Positions 28,806-38,992 of a DNA stretch of 64,000 nucleotides are shown one piece after another; the first letter of the stretch is position 1; the number at the start of each line of letters is the position of its first letter. The position numbers and the translations under genes are program-made. Origin of the DNA: a virus (lineage: Duplodnaviria > Caudoviricetes); the IMG/VR virus record IMGVR_UViG_3300028048_000040, positions 1 through 64,000 of that record; one strand, given 5' to 3'. Below the pieces are notes generated by a model. That model did not search any database, was not told the origin of the DNA, and saw only the letters and a program-made list of their open reading frames with translations.

Positions 28806-29204
28806 TCACATTAAACTACTTACAAACGATCTAAATACTTCTGGACCTCCAACTAAATGAACAATAAAATTTATCCATGAGAAGTAACAGCATATTATTC
28901 CTATTAATAAACATAATATACTAACAACAGTTCTGGTTAGATTACTTCTTATTATTTCTTTTGCTTTATTTTTATCTCCGTTGGCTGGAGCAACTTCCCA
29001 TTTAGCCAATAACTCTTGAAAATATAAACAATAGGTACAAATACCAACATTAATTGCTGGAGACAGCATTTCTCTATTGAATAATATAGAGTATACAGCT
29101 ACTAATGGAAATACTGCTAAAGATATCTTGGTAAGATAATAATAATTAAGATACACCCCTATTCCTACAGTTTTAAATATCATTGCTTTCGTATGGTTAC
29201 TCAT
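28806..29204 (-). CDS. membrane protein
   Basis: About three hydrophobic segments; early promoter 29228-29235. Confidence 0.7.
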   Translation of the reverse strand: MSNHTKAMIFKTVGIGVYLNYYYLTKISLAVFPLVAVYSILFNREMLSPAINVGICTYCLYFQELLAKWEVAPANGDKNKAKEIIRSNLTRTVVSILCLLIGIICCYFSWINFIVHLVGGPEVFRSFVSSLM

Positions 29205-29282
29205 ACTACAACCTCCTTTACATATTAATAGTATATGCCTGTTTTCAAAGTTAAAAAAAGAGAGCCGAAGCTCTCAAGGGAA

Positions 29283-29825
29283 TTATGCTGCTTCAAGAAA
29301 GTCTTTGAAGACTTCCTCAAACGGAACATGTTTTTCTGATATTTGATACTTATAAGCATCTTTCTCCATAGCCCCATTTCCATAGAAGCTTTTCTGCTCA
29401 GCAGCATAAACTTTTTCTGCTAAATTTTTACTTTTATCCATCAACCAATGGATCTGGTGGCAGTGTCTGTTTTCATGAACCACCAACTGATGCACAAATT
29501 TAGTATAAATGGTCTCTGGAGATTTAGCCAGATGGAGAATTCTCAGCAATTTAATAACCACTGAGTCTCCCATTATGAACTTCATAACAGGAGTATAGAA
29601 TAACTTCAGAATGGCATCAATGAAGAACGTTGAATACAGAGTATCCATGTTGGTTACCGCAACAGCGCCACCACAAACACTAGAACCTTTGCCTGCAGTA
29701 AACAGGTCGGTAAAGATTGGCTTTTCATCCAGGACCATAGGATGAAATTCTTTCCAATCTAATTTTTCGATTTCTTTCTGAAGATCATTTTTTAACTGAT
29801 TTGCAGAAATTTCAAACTTTGCCAT
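29283..29825 (-). CDS. HExxH zinc metalloprotease-like early protein
   Basis: VVHENRHCHQ plus downstream EKDA; AAGGAGG SD before ATG 29825; early promoter 29886-29902. Confidence 0.6.
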   Translation of the reverse strand: MAKFEISANQLKNDLQKEIEKLDWKEFHPMVLDEKPIFTDLFTAGKGSSVCGGAVAVTNMDTLYSTFFIDAILKLFYTPVMKFIMGDSVVIKLLRILHLAKSPETIYTKFVHQLVVHENRHCHQIHWLMDKSKNLAEKVYAAEQKSFYGNGAMEKDAYKYQISEKHVPFEEVFKDFLEAA

Positions 29826-29986
29826 GATAAAGTACCTCCTTTTCATATTACACTGAGCCACCTGAATTGATGACTCTCTTACTTTATCACGGCTATAATA
29901 TACATTTGAATTATACCAGTTTTACAAATAGATAAACAAATATACAAGAAGAGTTTAAACTCTTCTTGTATAAGGAGGCAATAATC

Positions 29987-30151
29987 ATGAGTAAGAAAGA
30001 ATATAATAATGAAAAATCTAAATGTACCACAGGAAAACAGATCCATTTATATAATACAAAATATTATGAATCTTTAAACAAATATGATATAAAAAATCTA
30101 GATAAATATTTTTTAAATAAAAATTATAATAAACCTTCTAATGGGAATTGA
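29987..30151 (+). CDS. small hypothetical protein
   Basis: AAGGAGG SD; preceded by a perfect 32-bp palindrome. Confidence 0.4.
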   Translation: MSKKEYNNEKSKCTTGKQIHLYNTKYYESLNKYDIKNLDKYFLNKNYNKPSNGN

Positions 30152-30203
30152 TTATTTTGAGCCTTCTTACAATAATATAATCATATAAGGAGGTAAATTA
30201 ACT

Positions 30204-31217
30204 ATGAAGCAGGTTATTGAAATCGTAGATGACGATAATGATCAGAAAGCAGAATATGGGCTTTCTGCATCATCTTTAGTTCAAGAAGGAAATGAAGATG
30301 TGATTGATACACCAGTACAGGTTCCTAAAAAGAGAGGTCCCGGCAGACCACCAAAAAACAAAGAAGCTGATCTAAACTCTAATACCTATACTGATATTGT
30401 TGTATCTGATAAGAAGAGAAATACTCCAGATAGTTTAGTAAAGGAATATGAGAAAGGTTACTATGATAATGCTAAACTTCTATATGGTGCTATAGCTCAG
30501 ACTGAACAAGTATATGCCAATATAGAAGAAGAGTTAGATAAGTATCGTAATAATAGAGCATATGGTGGTAAGAATCGTGCTATGAATATATCACAATTCA
30601 TGAGCACTCAAGTAGGAGTTATTTCCACTAAGATTAATGCAGTAAGAGAATTGAACTCTGTAAGAAATAAGATTAATGATCTTGTAATGAAGAAAGAACA
30701 GATGTTGAAAGATACTGGAGAAGATAATGCAGATAAGAATATTATGGATGCTTATTATGCATTAGTAAATGCTCCAAGATACGGTCTTCCTCAGTTTAAT
30801 CAACAGCTTTCTCCTACTACTATTAATACTGGTACTATGATCTCTGGTAATCAATTACCTTCCTCAGGTATAGTAACAGCAGGTACAAATAATGTTAAAC
30901 CAGTTAACAACAATAATCCAGTAGATAAACAGTTTGAAGACTATCAGAACAATCTAAATCCAATACAAAAAAGAATGATTGCTCAGAATGATCCTAATGT
31001 AAAGACTGTAGTGTGCTATGATGCATCTACTGGTAATAAGTGGTTTGATGTGGTAAATGTACAGACTGGTATGTCTATTCCTGGTATTCAAAGACCAGCA
31101 GAGTTCTTATTAGATGATATGAGAGTAGATACTAGAAATGCTATTGCCGTAAACTCCAATACTAATATGACTTTCCCTCTAGTAATCTTAGGAACTAGAG
31201 CAGCAGATGAGTTATAA
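30204..31217 (+). CDS. hypothetical late protein with AT-hook-like motif
   Basis: KKRGPGRPPK; late promoter 30168-30179. Confidence 0.75.
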   Translation: MKQVIEIVDDDNDQKAEYGLSASSLVQEGNEDVIDTPVQVPKKRGPGRPPKNKEADLNSNTYTDIVVSDKKRNTPDSLVKEYEKGYYDNAKLLYGAIAQTEQVYANIEEELDKYRNNRAYGGKNRAMNISQFMSTQVGVISTKINAVRELNSVRNKINDLVMKKEQMLKDTGEDNADKNIMDAYYALVNAPRYGLPQFNQQLSPTTINTGTMISGNQLPSSGIVTAGTNNVKPVNNNNPVDKQFEDYQNNLNPIQKRMIAQNDPNVKTVVCYDASTGNKWFDVVNVQTGMSIPGIQRPAEFLLDDMRVDTRNAIAVNSNTNMTFPLVILGTRAADEL

Positions 31218-31263
31218 AAAATAATCCCAAGAGCTATAATGCTCTTGGGACTTTATGTAGGAT

Positions 31264-31626
31264 TTATTTGCGAATCATAATATAACTAGGTATACTAAAT
31301 ATAGCATTCAATATACCCATTACTAAACTAAGTAATACTAAAGATATGAATCCTCCAATAATAGATTCTATAAACATCATGAATCCATTTGTAGTATTGA
31401 AGCCAACTGTGTTGTCAATCAACACTACAAACCAATATGCTGCTATCAGAGTTGACCACAGCAAATGATAGCCTGATAATTTAATTCCATATCCAAATAC
31501 CTTAAAGGTAAGGGATATTACATTTACATTGTCATTCACAATATCCAAATATCTCCTTTGCATCTTTGGTGCCATAACATTATTAATAGCACCTGTACTT
31601 TTTTCCGGCTTAATAATTTCGATCAT
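31264..31626 (-). CDS. membrane protein
   Basis: Two hydrophobic segments; AAGGAGG SD. Confidence 0.7.
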   Translation of the reverse strand: MIEIIKPEKSTGAINNVMAPKMQRRYLDIVNDNVNVISLTFKVFGYGIKLSGYHLLWSTLIAAYWFVVLIDNTVGFNTTNGFMMFIESIIGGFISLVLLSLVMGILNAIFSIPSYIMIRK

Positions 31627-31741
31627 ATTTTTTCCTCCTTTACATAATCGAACTAATTAAAAGTCTTCCCTCCTCTCATATCCTACAATATAATAGTATA
31701 TAACTGAAATTTAAGTACTCTCATTAAGAGAGTACTTAAAT

Positions 31742-33454
31742 TTATGATCTCTTATTCCAATTATTAGCATCACTTTTAACTTTATTCCACATATCAAATG
31801 CAGTAATACTAGATTCATTGTTATGAGGTTCTGTATCTGTAACTACATTATATGTTTTCCAAAGCTTATTCAATCCAGGAGACCATTTATCTTCTTCAGG
31901 ATTTGGAACAGTAACTTCACAGTTAATATATTTACTATAGTTAGTTTTATATGGAAGAGTTTCTACAGTAATAGGAATATCTATAAATAGTTTTAGTCTA
32001 AGTAGATAGTTGTAGTAATAGTAGTAAGTCATAATATTCTTATTATCTGGAATATTGTCATAAAGAACACCATTCTCACCAGTATTCACAATAATATGAG
32101 CAGGATCTGTAGCATTAGGATCTGTATAGAATGCATCTGTTAATGGCTGAATGAATAACCAATATAGGTCTTGATGTTTACCAAAGTTATTATTAACCAT
32201 ATCTACACTCATGAATAGATCTCCAAGAGTATATATATCTATCTTATTATTAGCTAGATCAAATACCATTCCCCATTCATCTGGCTGTATAGGAATAGAT
32301 GGATTTAATACTGTACCAGCATCATACTCAAACTCTACATTATATATATTAGAGTGTTTCTTATATGGAACATGTTTCTTATGAGCCATATCTATCCAGA
32401 ATACTTTCTGATTAGTAGTGGTATTGATAGCACTAGTTAATCCTATCTTTACTGGAACACCATTATATAACATATGACCTTGACTATCTACTTGCATTAG
32501 AGCATTCTTAACTACAAATTCTAGATATATCTTTTGGTCTGTAGGAATAGGCCAAGCAAGGGTAGATATATCATTAGAATCAGGAGATCTTAAAATCATT
32601 CCTAATGGATTAGTTCCATAAGCCATATTAACAGGATTAGAATGAATCAGATATGGATTTCTATGAGTTTCTATTGGAAAGTTTATAGGTGCTATATCAT
32701 TTTGAGCTTCTACTTCTACAATACAGTTTTGTTCTACTGGAGGTTTAGTATATACTTCTCCAGCTTGTATAGTAGTATAAATATCCCATATAGCAGCTTT
32801 CTTGTAATACCAGCATTGATACAGACTCCAATATCCTTCTGGTAGATATTCACATTTATATCTACCAAAGTTTACAGATCCAGATACTAGTTCATCTTCT
32901 TGACAAGTTATACAAAAATAAAATAAATCTGGTTCTGAATTAATATCAAATTCAGTAGGTTTAAAGGAATACATTCTATTCCCTTCTACATAGATAGTTA
33001 TAGTATTAATAGTAGTATCTACACCAATACCAATAACATGATTTACCATAGGAACTCTAGACCCAAGTTTCTGTGTATTCTTGGTTATGGTAACATTAGC
33101 ATTATATTTATATCTTTCTACTGATTGAAAACTAGTAGGATGAGTCCAATCTTTTGGATCAGAATAATAATATGGATTGCAATAAAAAATAGAACCTAAA
33201 CACATATCTGCTGCTAATATACCAACAGATGGTTCTTTATGTATTCCTACATGTATAGGAAGGTGTCTCATCTTTGCATTAGACGGGTGTTGTTTAATAG
33301 TAAATTCCATATAAGCCTTAGAATATTTAGGAATAGGCTTACTGGATAGAATAGTAAATTTCTTTTTACAAGTGAACTTCTCTCCACTAACAATGGAATT
33401 AGATTGCACTGAATCTCCATCATAAGCAACAGGAAGAATTCTATTCGCACTCAA
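31742..33454 (-). CDS. tandem SPRY/B30.2-like domain protein
   Basis: Two repeats: YMEF...IGIGVD...ITIYVEG...VNFG...LPEGY and YLEF...WGMVFDL...IDIY...VNTG. TTG start; late promoter 33480-33491. Confidence 0.6.
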   Translation of the reverse strand: MSANRILPVAYDGDSVQSNSIVSGEKFTCKKKFTILSSKPIPKYSKAYMEFTIKQHPSNAKMRHLPIHVGIHKEPSVGILAADMCLGSIFYCNPYYYSDPKDWTHPTSFQSVERYKYNANVTITKNTQKLGSRVPMVNHVIGIGVDTTINTITIYVEGNRMYSFKPTEFDINSEPDLFYFCITCQEDELVSGSVNFGRYKCEYLPEGYWSLYQCWYYKKAAIWDIYTTIQAGEVYTKPPVEQNCIVEVEAQNDIAPINFPIETHRNPYLIHSNPVNMAYGTNPLGMILRSPDSNDISTLAWPIPTDQKIYLEFVVKNALMQVDSQGHMLYNGVPVKIGLTSAINTTTNQKVFWIDMAHKKHVPYKKHSNIYNVEFEYDAGTVLNPSIPIQPDEWGMVFDLANNKIDIYTLGDLFMSVDMVNNNFGKHQDLYWLFIQPLTDAFYTDPNATDPAHIIVNTGENGVLYDNIPDNKNIMTYYYYYNYLLRLKLFIDIPITVETLPYKTNYSKYINCEVTVPNPEEDKWSPGLNKLWKTYNVVTDTEPHNNESSITAFDMWNKVKSDANNWNKRS

Positions 33455-33528
33455 GTTATATTCCTCCTTATAGTCATATTAACCAAATGTCGTGCCACTA
33501 GGGAAATTAATCCCTAGTGACAAATTTA

Positions 33529-34176
33529 TTATTTTCTCATCATTGATAATATATCATCAATTCCATTTAGTTTCATGAATCTATATTTAGTATTTCCATA
33601 GCTATTACCGCATAATACTTCACAATCTTTAATACGTTCAGAATCAAATGTAAAGTACACTAAATAGAAATGGGTTTTATCTATATAAAGTTTATGGTAA
33701 GTAGTGCAATTGGTCATACCATTAAAACCACTTTCACCACTAGCTTTACCATGTAAAGACTCTTGTCCTCTGGTGACTGTTTCATATTCTACATCATGAG
33801 AATAAGTAGAACTAGAAGAAGCATAATTGGTGTTAGAATTATTCTTACCATATCCAGGATTGTTATAAGTGTTAGAAATAGTTTGTTTATGTTTTTCTAC
33901 ATGCTCAGAATTGAACAAAGAATCTAGTTTATAGTTATCTAAAACTACAGCTTCTTTAGTTCTAGATTGTATAATCTGAACAAGTCTTTTTCTAGCAGTA
34001 TCATTTAGAGTATAGAACTTTCTAAAGTATTGTAATTTCTTTTCATACTTATCCCCACCACTAAATGCTGCTTTAATTTGAGCCCACATTGTAGATAGAG
34101 ATTCATTTAAAGGTCTTCCTGTATCTGCTACAGCTTCTGTTAAAGTATATTGTCCATCAATTAATAAATAACCCAA
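33529..34176 (-). CDS. hypothetical protein (possible processed head protein)
   Basis: GAGGAG SD with TTG start; N-terminal LTEA/LNES. Confidence 0.65.
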   Translation of the reverse strand: MGYLLIDGQYTLTEAVADTGRPLNESLSTMWAQIKAAFSGGDKYEKKLQYFRKFYTLNDTARKRLVQIIQSRTKEAVVLDNYKLDSLFNSEHVEKHKQTISNTYNNPGYGKNNSNTNYASSSSTYSHDVEYETVTRGQESLHGKASGESGFNGMTNCTTYHKLYIDKTHFYLVYFTFDSERIKDCEVLCGNSYGNTKYRFMKLNGIDDILSMMRK

Positions 34177-34183
34177 TCTCTCC

Positions 34184-34966
34184 TCATCCTTTCTGATCTT
34201 CTTTAATTTTATTTAAGAATTGATCTTTATCTTCTAGAGTATATTGTTCCGACACGATTCCTCTATCCATCTCATTTATTTTAGTTGAGAGTGTTTCTTG
34301 CAATTCTTGAATGTTTGGGAACTCATATGCTCCAGAAGGATCTATATAAACAGGGCTTACTTCAAGTATTCTGCATTGAGATTTATAATCATAGACTTCA
34401 GATACTTTTTCAGCCTTGATAAGTATATTTTTTAGATCTGGTTCCATATACATACCATAGAGTTCAACAAACCTTTTATACATTCCATATACTCTAGTAG
34501 TAGGAATGAATAATTGACCTCTATGAACTATAGCGTGTACAGTTTCAGATAATGGGATTAATCCAACCATTAAATTATAATGACACCACATTACTTCTTT
34601 AGCAACCATCAATTCAGATATAGGTTCTCTATTTAATAATCTCTTAGCATATACTGTAGTTACTATATCATATAACGTTAATGGACTGTGGTGAATATGA
34701 ATCTTGATAGAGTAAGTATCTATATTGTTTACGTTCTTGTAAAAGGAACATTTGTTCATATCAACATGCTCTCTTAAGAAGTCTATTAACTTCTTATAAG
34801 AACGAGAGTTTCTACATATTTTTTCAATTGACTTGAAATAAGCAGTCAATTCTTTAGGGTTGGTTAAATCATAATCTTCTATATCAAATTCAGGGAGAGA
34901 TTTAATAACAATGGATTCTTTCTTCTCTGGTAATTCTATTTCTGTATATTCTCTCATTATAATCAT
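34184..34966 (-). CDS. HNH-like nuclease-fold protein
   Basis: C.F...IHIHH.P...HY...GLIPLSETVH..VH pattern; late promoter 34997-35008. Confidence 0.5.
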   Translation of the reverse strand: MIIMREYTEIELPEKKESIVIKSLPEFDIEDYDLTNPKELTAYFKSIEKICRNSRSYKKLIDFLREHVDMNKCSFYKNVNNIDTYSIKIHIHHSPLTLYDIVTTVYAKRLLNREPISELMVAKEVMWCHYNLMVGLIPLSETVHAIVHRGQLFIPTTRVYGMYKRFVELYGMYMEPDLKNILIKAEKVSEVYDYKSQCRILEVSPVYIDPSGAYEFPNIQELQETLSTKINEMDRGIVSEQYTLEDKDQFLNKIKEDQKG

Positions 34967-35077
34967 CTCCTTTCTTAGGAGTTACGTTACTTTCTTTACT
35001 CTATTGTTCCCACTATCGGTGACAATAGGTAGTTCTAAAACATTCATATAATAGAAAATATATAGGAGGTGGACAGT

Positions 35078-35416
35078 ATGTTTCAGAAATTTCTTGATTA
35101 TTTAGATATGCTCTTTAGAGGAATGATGTTTGAAAATGACACACTTTCTCTTACTAGAGTTATATCAGTTGGTGGTTATTTGGCATTTCTTATTGGTTCA
35201 CTATATCTCATGATCAATAATATAGCATGGGATGGATATGCTACATTTGCTGGTTATACTGGTGGTGGTGGCGCAGCACTTCAGTTAGGTAATAAACTGG
35301 TAAATAGTAAATATAATTCTGTTGTGGGAAGTTATGAGCCAAAAGAAGAAATAGAAGTAATGAAAATGAGAGAAATTAAAAGAGAAGAACAAGGAAGACC
35401 AGTAGATAGAAAATAA
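35078..35416 (+). CDS. putative holin
   Basis: Small, two hydrophobic segments, charged C-terminus; late promoter 35039-35050. Confidence 0.55.
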   Translation: MFQKFLDYLDMLFRGMMFENDTLSLTRVISVGGYLAFLIGSLYLMINNIAWDGYATFAGYTGGGGAALQLGNKLVNSKYNSVVGSYEPKEEIEVMKMREIKREEQGRPVDRK

Positions 35417-35437
35417 ACTTAAGACTTCATATAGGGG

Positions 35438-36148
35438 ATGAAGTATATGGATTTAACATTAGAGACTTTAGGTATCACAAGTATAGAATTGATCTTGATT
35501 GTTCTTATATCAACTATAGCAGCTTTAATGCACGAATATATGATAACTATCAAAAGATTTCATGTAGATAATAAATTAGATATAATCCGTAATATAATCA
35601 TGACTGTTCTTGTTGACACTATTATTTGCATTGCTATTGATCCATTTGTTGCAATGATTTCTCATAGATTGATTCTTATTCCACCTCTTATACTAGGACT
35701 GATAGGACCACAGTTGTTGTATTATTTTTCTGGTATCAGTAGTACTGCTAAACTTATTAGGTATATCTTATCTACACTTGGAATAAAGAAATATGATGAA
35801 AAAGTTGATATAGATGATTTAGAACAACAAGTAGAAGAAAAGAAAAAGAAAGAAGAAAAAGAAGCTGAGAGATTAGAGAAAGAAAGGAAAGATCAGCTAG
35901 ATGCTGATCTTCTTTTGAAAAGAATAGATAGTTTAATATTAGCTTATGTAAATGAGAAAATCACCAAAAGTCAATTCGTTATAGAATATAGATCTATAGA
36001 TACGAGTGTAACTTGTTTTAAACAAAATGTGACTGGAAAAGATGTTCCTATACATACAGCTATGAAACTAGCTGAGATAATAAGAAACAAAGAGTTCTTA
36101 GATAAGACTTTTAACCAGATAATAAGTCAAGTATCTAGTCCGACATAA
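35438..36148 (+). CDS. holin-like/antiholin-like membrane protein
   Basis: Three N-terminal TM helices followed by a charged coiled coil. Confidence 0.5.
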   Translation: MKYMDLTLETLGITSIELILIVLISTIAALMHEYMITIKRFHVDNKLDIIRNIIMTVLVDTIICIAIDPFVAMISHRLILIPPLILGLIGPQLLYYFSGISSTAKLIRYILSTLGIKKYDEKVDIDDLEQQVEEKKKKEEKEAERLEKERKDQLDADLLLKRIDSLILAYVNEKITKSQFVIEYRSIDTSVTCFKQNVTGKDVPIHTAMKLAEIIRNKEFLDKTFNQIISQVSSPT

Positions 36149-36194
36149 AGTTAAGGTATTTCCTAAATAATTTGAATAATAGGAGGTAAAAACA

Positions 36195-37796
36195 ATGGCT
36201 TTTCCTAATGATTTATACGTCGCCAGCACTTATTCTGGAAATCTGTATAAATATGTTGATGATGAACTAGTAAGTTCTGCAACTATTGGTCTTGGTTCTA
36301 GTGCTAAACCACAAGCTGTTTTTGTTGCTCAGGATCAAAGATCTGTATACACTGCTAATAGAGAAAATAATACTATTAGTTACATTAAAGATGGTGTTAA
36401 TGAGGGGTATGTTACTGTAGGTAAACAGCCTTATTCTATCTGTGAAGATGGTTTTGGTGCTATCTATGTAACTTGCTATGGTGATTCTACAGTATATAAG
36501 ATTGAAAAAACTGTATCTGATCCAACTACTATTACTGCAGTTATTAATGTAGATTCTGGTCCTACTGGTATCTGTTGTGATAGTGATAATACAGTATGGG
36601 TAGCTTGCGCTAACAAAGGTACTGTATGTAAGATTGTTAATAATAAAGTTGTTCTTAAGATTCCTTGCGCTGATGCTACAGTAGATAACTCTGTATGTCG
36701 TCCAATGGGTATCTGCTGTGACAGACTTGATAATATTTATGTTGCTTGCTATGGTACAAGCTCTGTTATCAAGATTAGAAAATCTGTTAAGATTCAGACT
36801 CTTACTTGCAGCAATACTCCATTTGATGTTATTACAGATTCTAATAACAATCTGTATGTATGTTCTTATCTTGCTGATACTGTTACATACTATCCACTTT
36901 CTGATATGAATAACCCAACAGTAATTCAGCTACCTGCTGGTACTGGTGCTACTGCAATGGGTATTAATAAAACAAATGAGCTTTATGTAATTGGTTCTCT
37001 TTCCAATCAGATTATCAAGATTAAGAATTCTGAGATTGTAATGACTAAAACAACTCAGACTATTACTCCTGCTGGTTTTGGTGATCCAACTGGTTGTAAA
37101 GCATATAACATTTACAACAGATCAAATGAGTCTGGTGAAGCTCTAACTCCTGCAGCATCTGCAATTCAGCTTATGGCTGCTATGAAGCTAACTTTCAGAG
37201 TAGATGAAATGACTGAAAGCACTACAGCAACCACATTTACTGTATCTAGTGATACTGTTAAACTTAATGGTTTTGATCATCTTAAACTTAATGATGTTGC
37301 TTGTAATCTGCTTGGATCTACTGGTCAAGCTCAGGCTTCTTTAGCACTTCCAATTGTAGATGATAAACTTAAATTAGTTGGGTATTTTGATGCAGGCGAA
37401 TCTGAATATGCTGAGTTTAATCCAATTGATTATAACGACGTATATAAAATTGTTGTTGGTTCTATGGATAATGATGGTGCTGGTAACTTCTCCTTCACTC
37501 CTGCAGCTGTTAAACCTGTTACTGTAGCTAATCCAAGCGATCAGATCAATACAGTTATTGTAGAAACTGTAGCTGATGGCAATCTTTGTGTACTAATTCC
37601 TAGTCGTGTAGCTGCTGCTGTTGAACAAGGTCTAGTTGTTAATGGTATGCAGATTTATAAAGATTGGGAAGTCGATCCAGCTGATCAGATTGCTATTAGT
37701 TCTGCAACTGCAGCATATCCAAATTATAAAGCATATGTAAATCCATATCCTGCTTATGCTGGTACTTCAGTTATTATGAATCGTTATAAACTTTAA
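36195..37796 (+). CDS. NHL/YncE-type beta-propeller virion protein
   Basis: Repeats of P.GI..D..(N/G).(V/I)(Y/W)V.C; late promoter 36142-36153. Confidence 0.75.
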   Translation: MAFPNDLYVASTYSGNLYKYVDDELVSSATIGLGSSAKPQAVFVAQDQRSVYTANRENNTISYIKDGVNEGYVTVGKQPYSICEDGFGAIYVTCYGDSTVYKIEKTVSDPTTITAVINVDSGPTGICCDSDNTVWVACANKGTVCKIVNNKVVLKIPCADATVDNSVCRPMGICCDRLDNIYVACYGTSSVIKIRKSVKIQTLTCSNTPFDVITDSNNNLYVCSYLADTVTYYPLSDMNNPTVIQLPAGTGATAMGINKTNELYVIGSLSNQIIKIKNSEIVMTKTTQTITPAGFGDPTGCKAYNIYNRSNESGEALTPAASAIQLMAAMKLTFRVDEMTESTTATTFTVSSDTVKLNGFDHLKLNDVACNLLGSTGQAQASLALPIVDDKLKLVGYFDAGESEYAEFNPIDYNDVYKIVVGSMDNDGAGNFSFTPAAVKPVTVANPSDQINTVIVETVADGNLCVLIPSRVAAAVEQGLVVNGMQIYKDWEVDPADQIAISSATAAYPNYKAYVNPYPAYAGTSVIMNRYKL

Positions 37797-37867
37797 AATA
37801 AAGAGATCATATATCCAGGAAAGATCATATGATCTTTCCTGGTTCTTTATGTTAAGAGGTGAGATTA

Positions 37868-38980
37868 ATGGCAGCAAATAAAGGGTTTAAAGTACCTATG
37901 ACAGTTGTTACACAGGATGATAGAGATAAATATCCTGTGGTGAATACTAATGATGTTGCTGGTGGTCTTCATTCAGTTGATACTATAGGTGATATGTTAT
38001 CTATACCTTATCTTAGAAGAAGATTGGGTATGAGATGTTACGTTACTAGTCTGGAGAAAGAATATAAACTTATCTCTCATACTGATGCAGATATTACTAT
38101 TATAGCTAACTGGGAAGAAGTTAAAAAAGGTGTAATGCCAGAAGAGTTAGATAGTTATACTAAGAAATCTGAATTTGATACTGTAAAGAATACAGTTGAT
38201 TCTCTTCCAGATTTAACCAAGATGGCTACACTTGGAGATTTACAAGCACTTCAAAATCAGATTCCTAATATGGATGAATATGTAAAGAAATCTGACATTT
38301 CTATTCCTGATTCTGGTAGTGGTGAAGGTGGCGGAGAATCTGGTGGTGGTGGAACTATGGTTCTACCAGATTTTACTAAATTTGCTACTAAAGATGAAGT
38401 ACAGCAAGTACAAGTTCAGATTCCTGATATGAGTCAATATGTAAAGAAATCTGATATTGGAACTCCTACAACTGGTGGCGAAGGTGAAGAACCCACTATA
38501 GAATTACCAGACTTCACTAAATTTGCTACTAAAGATGAAGTACAAGTAGTAGATAATAAAGCTACTACTAATAAGACTAATCTAGCAAACCATATTATCT
38601 ATACTCAAGAGGAATTAGATAAACTTCAATGGCAACAAAAAGAGTTTACAGTAGAAGCATCTGAAGTTCCTAAAGAGGTTACTATTGATATTAAGAATGC
38701 TCAATCTAATTATAAATATCCACCAATAGAAGTATTAAAATATGATAAACTTACTACTGCAATTACTGAAACAGTAACGCTTGCTGATTTCACAGCAAAC
38801 GAAGCTAGTAGATATGAGACTAATGATAAAGTTACATTTGATGGTAGTTTGCATATATCTCCAGATGTGACTATTAATATGAGTACTCCTACTTTATTTA
38901 GTAATGGTGTATATGTATCTATAAGTGATCCTATATCTTATGATAGAATTCAAAATGCTGCATCTATTACTATCGAGTAA
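37868..38980 (+). CDS. virion fibre/decoration protein with shared N-terminal domain
   Basis: N-domain shared with 44347 and 45019; internal LPDFTKFATKDEVQ repeats. Confidence 0.7.
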   Translation: MAANKGFKVPMTVVTQDDRDKYPVVNTNDVAGGLHSVDTIGDMLSIPYLRRRLGMRCYVTSLEKEYKLISHTDADITIIANWEEVKKGVMPEELDSYTKKSEFDTVKNTVDSLPDLTKMATLGDLQALQNQIPNMDEYVKKSDISIPDSGSGEGGGESGGGGTMVLPDFTKFATKDEVQQVQVQIPDMSQYVKKSDIGTPTTGGEGEEPTIELPDFTKFATKDEVQVVDNKATTNKTNLANHIIYTQEELDKLQWQQKEFTVEASEVPKEVTIDIKNAQSNYKYPPIEVLKYDKLTTAITETVTLADFTANEASRYETNDKVTFDGSLHISPDVTINMSTPTLFSNGVYVSISDPISYDRIQNAASITIE

Positions 38981-38992
38981 GAGGTGATATAG

